A stretch of 64,000 nt of DNA from Deltaproteobacteria bacterium (GTDB lineage: Bacteria; Myxococcota_A; UBA9160; UBA4427), in NCBI GenBank assembly GCA_002691205.1, contig NZHD01000020.1, forward strand, positions 1,615 through 65,614, given 5' to 3'. The position numbers were made by a program, and so were the translations under genes. This document shows positions 57,048 through 64,000 of this stretch, one piece after another; the first letter of the stretch is position 1; each line of letters begins with the position of its first letter. The notes under the pieces are model-generated. The model was not told the origin of the DNA. It did not search any database and saw nothing but the letters and a program-made list of their open reading frames with translations.

Positions 57048-58502
57048 TCACCGGGCGATTTCAGCCACCCAAGCATCGACGGCATCCATGGCCTGACGAG
57101 CCGTTCCGGGATAGCCATTCACAAGAATGGAAAAGAACTTTCGGCGCTTTTGTCCATCCTCAACCGTTCCCGAAAGCGCGATCACCCGAGAGTCGTTCAG
57201 AAGGCCAGTCTTGGCTCGCACTCGCCCCTGCACGGGAAGCAACCGGTCCCGGAGCGTGCCATCTAGAGCCGCGATCGGGAGAGAAGCCACGAATTCAGGA
57301 CCCATCCCGAAAGAGTGCGAGCCCACCTCCAGGGCGTTTACAATCATTCTCGCGCTCACCCGGTTAGTCACCGCTAAGCCGGACCCATCAACGAGGATGG
57401 CCTCCTCCCCGATTATGTTCATGGCGAGAAGTCGTTCTCGAAGAACCGACATTCCAGCCGGCCAACCTCCCTCACCCTCTCCGGAATTCAGGGCGAGCGC
57501 CTTCACAAGCATCTCAGTCATGGCGTTATTGCTGTACTTCATCGCCAGTGAGATGATTTCAGAGAGGGGCCGCCCCTTAAAGTTCAACAACATGACGGAC
57601 TGAGAGGGATCCCCTCGAATCACCTCCCCGCCCACTGAAACACCGAGAGACTCAAGATGCATTTTGAGAACAGAGCCAGCATAAAGACCTGGATCGCTCA
57701 CGCTTCTCGGAAAGGCCTTGCTTTTTTCACCGAGGCGAACCGTCCCATCAATGCGCACAGACTCGCGCCCTGGAATGACTTCTCCACGGCTGAGATTCAG
57801 AACAGTGGCCTCGCCCATTCCTCCTGTCCTCGCTGAACCGACTCGTCTCAAATACTCCACCGGGGGGTCAAAAACGACGATCGGCGGTTGGTCAACCTCT
57901 TCCGCGGGCGAGAGATGAGCGAAAAACGTGCCGTAGTTGGCCGTCAGAGCGCCCACTGGACCGTGATAAGCCCTCGACGAGACAGGCCCCCAAGCCGGGT
58001 GCCAAAAAACATCGTCAAAAGCGGTGTCATCCACAAGGAGGTTCCCCTCAATCCGGCGAAGCCCTTGCCTTCTCAGATCCGCCGCTACACGCCACCAGTC
58101 CTCTGTATTGAGGACCGGGTCTCCGCTCCCCCGCACCCTAAGTTGTCCAACCGTCCCCTCGGAGTCGATCAACCGATCCGAAAACACCTGGGTTTCAAAG
58201 CGAGCCGACGGTCCTAGAGTCGCCAACGCGGCCACGGATGTCAGAATTTTCATGTTTGAAGCGGGAGCGAGAAGCATGTCTGGGGACTGAGACCAAATCT
58301 CAGTCCCGTCCGACGCATGGACCACCAGCGCGCCTACTCGAGCCCCGCGAAGAGCCGGAACCTCCAAAAGAGCGGATAAACCGGAATTCTGAGCGAAGTC
58401 TCTCTTCGCCTCGCTGAAAGAAAGCGGGTCTCCAGAGCCCCTTGCGGTGCCCGAGAAGGCCGAGATCAGTACGCCCCACAGAAGCCAAACCTGCAGTCCC
58501 AT
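57048..58502 (-). CDS. dacB: D-Ala-D-Ala carboxypeptidase/endopeptidase PBP4 (S13); start uncertain
   Basis: PASNMK (SxxK), SNN (SxN), DGSGL, AKTG. Confidence 0.92.
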   Translation of the reverse strand: MGLQVWLLWGVLISAFSGTARGSGDPLSFSEAKRDFAQNSGLSALLEVPALRGARVGALVVHASDGTEIWSQSPDMLLAPASNMKILTSVAALATLGPSARFETQVFSDRLIDSEGTVGQLRVRGSGDPVLNTEDWWRVAADLRRQGLRRIEGNLLVDDTAFDDVFWHPAWGPVSSRAYHGPVGALTANYGTFFAHLSPAEEVDQPPIVVFDPPVEYLRRVGSARTGGMGEATVLNLSRGEVIPGRESVRIDGTVRLGEKSKAFPRSVSDPGLYAGSVLKMHLESLGVSVGGEVIRGDPSQSVMLLNFKGRPLSEIISLAMKYSNNAMTEMLVKALALNSGEGEGGWPAGMSVLRERLLAMNIIGEEAILVDGSGLAVTNRVSARMIVNALEVGSHSFGMGPEFVASLPIAALDGTLRDRLLPVQGRVRAKTGLLNDSRVIALSGTVEDGQKRRKFFSILVNGYPGTARQAMDAVDAWVAEIAR

Positions 58503-58714
58503 CGTAAAGGACCGTCTTGACCCGGCCCAGAGGCCTATCGGTCTGAGTTGACCTTCTTCGTTAAAGGGTCTGAGCAAGATTTCTCCCGTAAAAACCGATT
58601 GTCCACGAACTTCTGCAATGAGTTCCCGGCTAGGGGGGTGCGACAAGACGCCACCTGCGCGACGGTATCCCTACGCAAGCCGACGGGCAAATCCGCCCGG
58701 TCAAAAAGATACGA

Positions 58715-60055
58715 ATGGGGGTCCGCTTGCTCAATTGGATTTGGCTCGGACTGATACTCGTTTCCATCGGGTATGCGGCCTTTATTCCGGGTCGCATGGA
58801 AGTCTTAGCTTCCTCCATTTTGTCCGGAGCCTCAACGGCCGTGCAACTGATCATCGGCTTAGTGGGAGCCATGGTTCTCTTCCTCGGCCTGACGCGCGTG
58901 GCCTTCGACGGAGGTCTCCGCGCTTGGCTAGGCCGAAAGCTCGCTCCTCTCGTCAGCCGACTCTTTCCTGAAGTCCCCCCGGATCATCCAGCCATGAGCT
59001 CCATGGTGATGAACATGTCCTCAAATATGATGGGGCTTGGAAATGCGGCGACGCCTTTTGGCCTGAAAGCCATGAGCGAACTCGCTCGCCTGAATCCAAA
59101 CACAGGCGTAGCCTCAAACGCGATGGTGCTCTTCCTGGCCATCAACACCTCCGCCATCACCCTATTTCCGCCTTTTGGCACCATCGCAGTCAGACAAGCA
59201 GCGGGCTCCACCGAAGCGTGGGCAATCTGGCTTCCCACACTGATCGCCACGACCTGTTCGACTGTCGCCGCCGTCAGTGCCTACTTCCTACTGGGCCGAC
59301 TTCCTGTTTTTCGCGCGCACGCGCTCAAAAAACCGCCTCCCCCTGTGGCTCACTCGAACTCCGAGCAAGGCTCGGACACCTCGCCCGAAGAGCCCCTGGA
59401 GGAGCCGAAATCCATCCATTCTCCGAAATGGCTAAGAGTTCTGCTGATCGGCGGATTCGCTCTGTGCGTGACTCTTGGGCTGGGTCTAGAACTCAGCCGC
59501 CTCGTGCCCGAAATTGGAGTCAGCGCCGCCTTTAAACAGATCATCAGCGGCTGGCTCCTTCCTCTCTTTATTGCCGGCCTCCTGTTGATTGGCGTAGGCG
59601 CGGGAATCAATGCCTACGATTCAATGATTTCGGGGGCGAGAGAAGGACTCGAAGTGGCCGCCCGAATCGTTCCCTATTTAGTCGCCATTCTGGTGGCTGT
59701 GGCCGTCTTTAGAGCCTCTGGAGCCCTCGACGCCCTGATCGAAATCCTTAACCCCTACACCCGTGCGGTGGGTGTTCCTGCCGAAGTCCTGCCTATGGCC
59801 TTACTTCGCCCCTTGTCTGGATCAGGGGCCTTTGGCGTGATGGCCGAAACCTTGTCGACGTACGGGCCAGACACTTTCATCGGGTACCTGACTTCCACGC
59901 TGATGGGCTCTACCGAAACCACTTTTTATGTCCTTGCCCTCTACCTGGGTGCAGCCGGTGTCGTCGATGGGCGCCATGCCCTCGCCGCCTGTTTGTTGGG
60001 TGATTTAGGCGGTTTCATCGGTGCGGTCGTGGCGTGCCACTGGCTCTTTGGCTAG
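58715..60055 (+). CDS. Fused SpmA/SpmB (nucleoside-recognition Gate domain) membrane protein
   Basis: NMMGLGNAATPFGLKAM (SpmA); LRPLSGSGA and GSTETTFYVLALY (SpmB). Confidence 0.9.
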   Translation: MGVRLLNWIWLGLILVSIGYAAFIPGRMEVLASSILSGASTAVQLIIGLVGAMVLFLGLTRVAFDGGLRAWLGRKLAPLVSRLFPEVPPDHPAMSSMVMNMSSNMMGLGNAATPFGLKAMSELARLNPNTGVASNAMVLFLAINTSAITLFPPFGTIAVRQAAGSTEAWAIWLPTLIATTCSTVAAVSAYFLLGRLPVFRAHALKKPPPPVAHSNSEQGSDTSPEEPLEEPKSIHSPKWLRVLLIGGFALCVTLGLGLELSRLVPEIGVSAAFKQIISGWLLPLFIAGLLLIGVGAGINAYDSMISGAREGLEVAARIVPYLVAILVAVAVFRASGALDALIEILNPYTRAVGVPAEVLPMALLRPLSGSGAFGVMAETLSTYGPDTFIGYLTSTLMGSTETTFYVLALYLGAAGVVDGRHALAACLLGDLGGFIGAVVACHWLFG

Positions 60056-60065
60056 GCGCTCATTT

Positions 60066-61136
60066 GTGGAAGCCGAAAAAAAAGAACGCCTCAACGTACA
60101 AGCCCAAATCGAAAAACTGACCGGCCGGTCGGTCATGGCCCTCGAGGATGTGGAACCAGGCTTAGGCCATCGTCATTTCTTCCGCGTCCGTTTCGGAGAT
60201 CAAAAAAAGCCCCGCAGTATGATTGCTCGCTTCGAACCCACCGCGGCCCTCTCCTCCGAAACTCCGAGCGAACCTCCCCTCGAACCCATTCGCGCCTTTC
60301 TGGAAAAGCGGGGGCTTCCGGTTCCTCGCTCGTACGGAGACAACGGCCCGTTGCAATTGCTCGAAGACTTGGGCAACACCAGCCTGGAAAATCGAGTGCT
60401 GACAGCAAGTACGACGGAACGGAAGTCGCTTTATCGGGAAGCCTGCGCACTCATTCCAAGACTCCAAAGGCTCCAAGCCCCGTCGGTGAAAAAACCGGCC
60501 GCCTTTGAACGATTCTGGAATCAGGAGTTGGTTCTCACGAAAGCGACAAAATGGCTCGAATGGAGTTTCCCCCTCCTGCAAGGCCGGCCGGCACACCCCC
60601 AAGAACGCACCGAGATTCGCCAAGCCTTTTCCTTTGTGGCGCAAACGCTCTCCCAAGGCCCTCAACGCCTCGCTCATCGTGATTTCAAAGCCGCCAATTT
60701 GCACTTTAGAAACGAAGTCAGCACGCCGAAACTGACTATGATCGATCTGCAAGGCGCTTTCTTAGCCCCACCGGAGTACGATTTGGTCTGTCTTCTACGA
60801 GATTCACACGTGACTCTTCCCGAAGTGGAGGTGATTTCCTTGCTTGAGGAAACGAGACCTGACTTGCCTGATCAGGTGGACAAGGAAACGTTCCTTCGGC
60901 GTTTCGATCTCATTACTTTGGTCCGCGTGTGCAAAGACCTTTCTCATTATCTCCATGCCGCGACTCAACTTTCCGACCGCCGCTACCTGCCATTCGTGCC
61001 TCAGGCTCTCTCCAACCTTCGCAAAGCGGCGGAACGCGCTGACACCCGGGACCCAGAGGTCGGACCCCTGACTCATTTTCTTTTAACTGCTCCCGAGACC
61101 ATCGAGATCCCAATGAGCGATGAGCTGCCCCGGTGA
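60066..61136 (+). CDS. AmgK-like anomeric sugar kinase (APH family)
   Basis: LLEDLG, HRDFKAANL, IDLQGA, YDLVCLLRD; directly upstream of a nucleotidyltransferase. Confidence 0.7.
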   Translation: MEAEKKERLNVQAQIEKLTGRSVMALEDVEPGLGHRHFFRVRFGDQKKPRSMIARFEPTAALSSETPSEPPLEPIRAFLEKRGLPVPRSYGDNGPLQLLEDLGNTSLENRVLTASTTERKSLYREACALIPRLQRLQAPSVKKPAAFERFWNQELVLTKATKWLEWSFPLLQGRPAHPQERTEIRQAFSFVAQTLSQGPQRLAHRDFKAANLHFRNEVSTPKLTMIDLQGAFLAPPEYDLVCLLRDSHVTLPEVEVISLLEETRPDLPDQVDKETFLRRFDLITLVRVCKDLSHYLHAATQLSDRRYLPFVPQALSNLRKAAERADTRDPEVGPLTHFLLTAPETIEIPMSDELPR

Positions 61137-62113
61137 GAGCTATGATCCTTGCAGCCGGCCTTGGCACTCGCTTGCAGCCGCTCACCCACCTCAAGGCTAA
61201 GCCCGCACTTCCGGTTCTGGGGCGCCCGGTGATCGCATGGCTGCTTGAATTCCTTCGAGCATCAGGCATCAAGGAGGTCGCCATCAACGTTCATTATCGT
61301 CCTGAGAGCATCAAAGAAGCGGTTCAACGATATGGCCCCGGCGATATGAAAATTGAGTACTTCACAGAGAAGCGCCCCTTAGGGACAGGCGGAGGCATCG
61401 CCGCGGCACGCCACTTTCTCTCCCGTTCTGACCCAGCCATCATCATCGCCGGAGACATGCTTCTCGACGTAAACCTACAGCCCCTCATCGAAGAACACCT
61501 TAGGCAAGAGGCTCTCTGCACCCTCCTTCTGCAAGATGACGCTGAGAAAGCGAAAACCTTTGGAAGCATCGGCCTCGATGCGCATGGCAGAGTAAAAAGA
61601 ATCGCTCAACGACTCAATCTAGGCGATGAAACAGAACGAGGTGTCTTTGTTGGCCTTCGACTCGTGTCCCCCAAAGCTTTTTCGGCCTTACCTGGTTTTT
61701 CACCGGATGAGGCTTTTGAGGACCTCACTGACTGGTTTGGCCCGTTGATCACGTCTGGTGACACACGTATACGTGGTCATCGATTACCCCCTACAAGCCT
61801 TGCCTGGACGCCCGTCGGCACACCGGAAGAGTACTTGCACGCCAACCTCTCCCCAAGTTCACCTTCCTACCTGTCCAAGGAGCAACTTTTGTTCCCTGGC
61901 ACCCAGCAAGTAGGCGAAGCCCACGACGTTATTTTGGGTCCAGGAGCCACAGTCGGACAAGGGGCACTGTTAGAACGCTGCGTTGTGTGGGAAAACGAGA
62001 CCGTACCGCCGAACTTTGCGGCCACAGGAGGGGTATTTGCCCACGGAAGATTCTACTCTTGCACCGAAGACAAAAACTCAAAGAGCTACAAGGAGAATCC
62101 GCGGGATGAATGA
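61133..62113 (+). CDS. MurU-like sugar-1-phosphate nucleotidyltransferase
   Basis: AMILAAGLGTRLQPLT...KP, INVHY, LGTGGGI; GTGA overlap with the kinase gene. Confidence 0.75.
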   Translation: MRAMILAAGLGTRLQPLTHLKAKPALPVLGRPVIAWLLEFLRASGIKEVAINVHYRPESIKEAVQRYGPGDMKIEYFTEKRPLGTGGGIAAARHFLSRSDPAIIIAGDMLLDVNLQPLIEEHLRQEALCTLLLQDDAEKAKTFGSIGLDAHGRVKRIAQRLNLGDETERGVFVGLRLVSPKAFSALPGFSPDEAFEDLTDWFGPLITSGDTRIRGHRLPPTSLAWTPVGTPEEYLHANLSPSSPSYLSKEQLLFPGTQQVGEAHDVILGPGATVGQGALLERCVVWENETVPPNFAATGGVFAHGRFYSCTEDKNSKSYKENPRDE

Positions 62114-62843
62114 GGTGACCTTCATCGGCACCAGTGATGCGTTTGGAGCAGGCGGACGAAGGCAGTCCGCCGTGTTCGTGCGCGGCGACAGGGGCTCTCT
62201 TCTCCTCGACTGCGGAGCGACCACCAACACCGGTCTCAATGACTTAAAAATTGAGCGCGACGAAATCGACTCTATTCTGATCTCTCATTTCCACGGCGAC
62301 CACTTTGGGGGCATTCCTCTCTTCCTTTTCGCTTGTCTCTATACAGATCAAAGAACTCGAGCGCTTGACATTGCAGGCCCTCCTGGCATCGAGTCTCGGG
62401 TTCGTGCGCTGGCTCACGCCATGGGCCACTCCCTGGATGAACGTCCTTGGACATTTCCGATTCATTTCCGAGAGATACCCGCCGGCGTCAGCCACGAGGT
62501 GGGCCCAGCCCAAGTCCATGCCTTCGAAACGCGCCATCAACTCGAAGCTCATCCTCACGGCTATCGGGTAAACCTAGGGAGCCGCACCGTGATGTACACG
62601 GGCGATACGGGCTGGTTTAACGAACTGCCTCGTCTATGCGCGGGCGCGGACCTTCTCATCAGTGAGTGCACCCTTTTCGATCAAAAGCTGGACTTTCATC
62701 TCAGCCTTGAGGAACTCCTGTCCCATCGAGTCGAATTCGATGTGGGCCGATTTATCCTGACTCACCTGGGTGAAAGTATGTCCAAGCGAAGAGGAACACT
62801 CGAACTCGAAACCGCGGACGACGGCCTTATTCTGGCGCTCTGA
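62106..62843 (+). CDS. MBL-fold metallo-hydrolase (RNase Z-like)
   Basis: LLDCG, SHFHGDH, YTGDT, LTHL. Confidence 0.88.
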   Translation: MNEVTFIGTSDAFGAGGRRQSAVFVRGDRGSLLLDCGATTNTGLNDLKIERDEIDSILISHFHGDHFGGIPLFLFACLYTDQRTRALDIAGPPGIESRVRALAHAMGHSLDERPWTFPIHFREIPAGVSHEVGPAQVHAFETRHQLEAHPHGYRVNLGSRTVMYTGDTGWFNELPRLCAGADLLISECTLFDQKLDFHLSLEELLSHRVEFDVGRFILTHLGESMSKRRGTLELETADDGLILAL

Positions 62844-62859
62844 CCCGTTTCTTGGCCAG

Positions 62860-63996
62860 TCATTCTCCCCAGACCAGTGTGCCCAACACAGCGGCTCGTC
62901 GGGCTCCCGTACATTTAGGAAGATGATTCGGAACGCCCAGCAAAGCATTCCGACCCAGCAACGAAAAAGCCATGGCCTCCGCCGCTCCAATAGGCACTCC
63001 ATGCAGATCAAACTCTTCGATAGCCACCCCAGGAAGAGCCCGACGGAGTCCCATCATCATTGCGGGATTCAACGCTCCTCCCCCGCCCACGAGAAGACGA
63101 TCCATTTGAGCCCCCGCATCCGGCGTCCAGTCCCGACATGCTCGACCTACAGCCTCGGTCGTCAAAGCGACGAGAGTTGCGATTAAGTCGTTTCCCGATT
63201 GATCGCCCTTCTCGGCATTCCAACGATTCAGAATCACGCGACAGGCCTCGCTGCCATAGCGCTCTCGACCTGTGGACTTCGGCGGTGAGCGATCAAAATA
63301 TTCATCAGTGAGCAGCCCTTCAAGGAAGGAGGAATCCACAGCGCCTGATAGAGCAAGCCCTCCGTCGCGATCCATTTTTTCTCGCCCGCCTGTAAGCAAT
63401 GCAACGACACCGTCCACGAGCGAATTGGCAGGGCCGACATCAAAAGCCACCACAGCATCCGGGTCCGCCCGCGGAGGCAGCCAAGTCAAATTTGAAATCC
63501 CACCCAGATTCAAAACCCCTCGCCCTTCCACCGAATCCGTGAACACCGCGTGATGAAAAAATGGAGCCAAAGGAGCCCCCTCGCCCCCCATGGCCAAGTC
63601 TCGTGCCCGAAAATCAGCAATGACAGGGCGACCCGTACGCTCCGCAATGATCGCCGCCGATCCAATCTGAAGAGTCCCCATCAACTCAGGATGATGAGCC
63701 ACCGTCTGTCCATGCGAAGCGATCCCATCAATTCGGCTTAAAGACAGACTGGCCTCAGCGGCGACGCTTCGGGCTGCCTCAGCAAACGCTTCTCCCAGCG
63801 CGACATCCAGACCCACCAACTCAGACAAAACCTCACCGGAAGGAAGAGCGCCGTCAGCCAAGCGGTGAATGCGGGCACGCATCCGCTCCGAATGAGGGAC
63901 CTCAATTTCGGCCAAAAGACGAAACGGAAGAGCCGAAGGTCCTGACGGCCACTCCACCAAAGCCGCATCAACACCATCCGCGGAGGTCCCCGACAT
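62860..63996 (-). CDS. anmK: Anhydro-N-acetylmuramic acid kinase; 5' end runs off the window
   Basis: MSGTSADGVD, SHGQT, DFRARD...GGEGAPL, NLGGISN, PPKSTGRE, EAMAF. Confidence 0.95.
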   Translation of the reverse strand: MSGTSADGVDAALVEWPSGPSALPFRLLAEIEVPHSERMRARIHRLADGALPSGEVLSELVGLDVALGEAFAEAARSVAAEASLSLSRIDGIASHGQTVAHHPELMGTLQIGSAAIIAERTGRPVIADFRARDLAMGGEGAPLAPFFHHAVFTDSVEGRGVLNLGGISNLTWLPPRADPDAVVAFDVGPANSLVDGVVALLTGGREKMDRDGGLALSGAVDSSFLEGLLTDEYFDRSPPKSTGRERYGSEACRVILNRWNAEKGDQSGNDLIATLVALTTEAVGRACRDWTPDAGAQMDRLLVGGGGALNPAMMMGLRRALPGVAIEEFDLHGVPIGAAEAMAFSLLGRNALLGVPNHLPKCTGARRAAVLGTLVWGE

Positions 63997-64000
63997 AAGC

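Noticed and set aside
1-64000. CRISPR arrays, cas genes, IS elements, prophage or defence genes
   Set aside because: No regularly spaced repeats and no transposase, integrase or phage-like ORFs were recognised by eye.

Overview
Gene-dense window of roughly mid-50s % GC (estimated by eye). The type IV pilus gene order and protein styles point to a Myxococcota / deltaproteobacterial-type genome (inference). The left part (1-25 kb) is accessory. It holds nagZ, a thioredoxin-fold selenoprotein split by an in-frame UGA with a SECIS-like hairpin, an amidohydrolase, two PEP-CTERM proteins, a Tat DUF1501-type protein paired with a CxxCH lipoprotein, and some catabolic enzymes. It also holds an unusual stand-alone A-KR-T-TE synthetase followed by a sulfotransferase, next to a membrane Thr-type sulfatase-like enzyme, a methyltransferase, a GT4 and an ArsS-type radical SAM gene, and it ends at tRNA-Gly(CCC). 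The right part (25-64 kb) is mostly core. It holds a T4aP cluster (pilBTCSR, pilMNOPQ, MglC-like roadblock, SgmX/FimV-like TPR, ExeA ATPase; no pilA) with four sigma28-type promoter matches and a catalytically degenerate sigma54-activator homologue. It continues with ribF, lptG-like, nfeD-slipin-hflKC, coaBC, coaD, rsmD and a peptidoglycan-recycling cluster (dacB, spmAB, amgK-like, murU-like, MBL hydrolase, anmK). No CRISPR array, rRNA, transposase or integrase was seen. All family calls come from motif recognition, not database searches.
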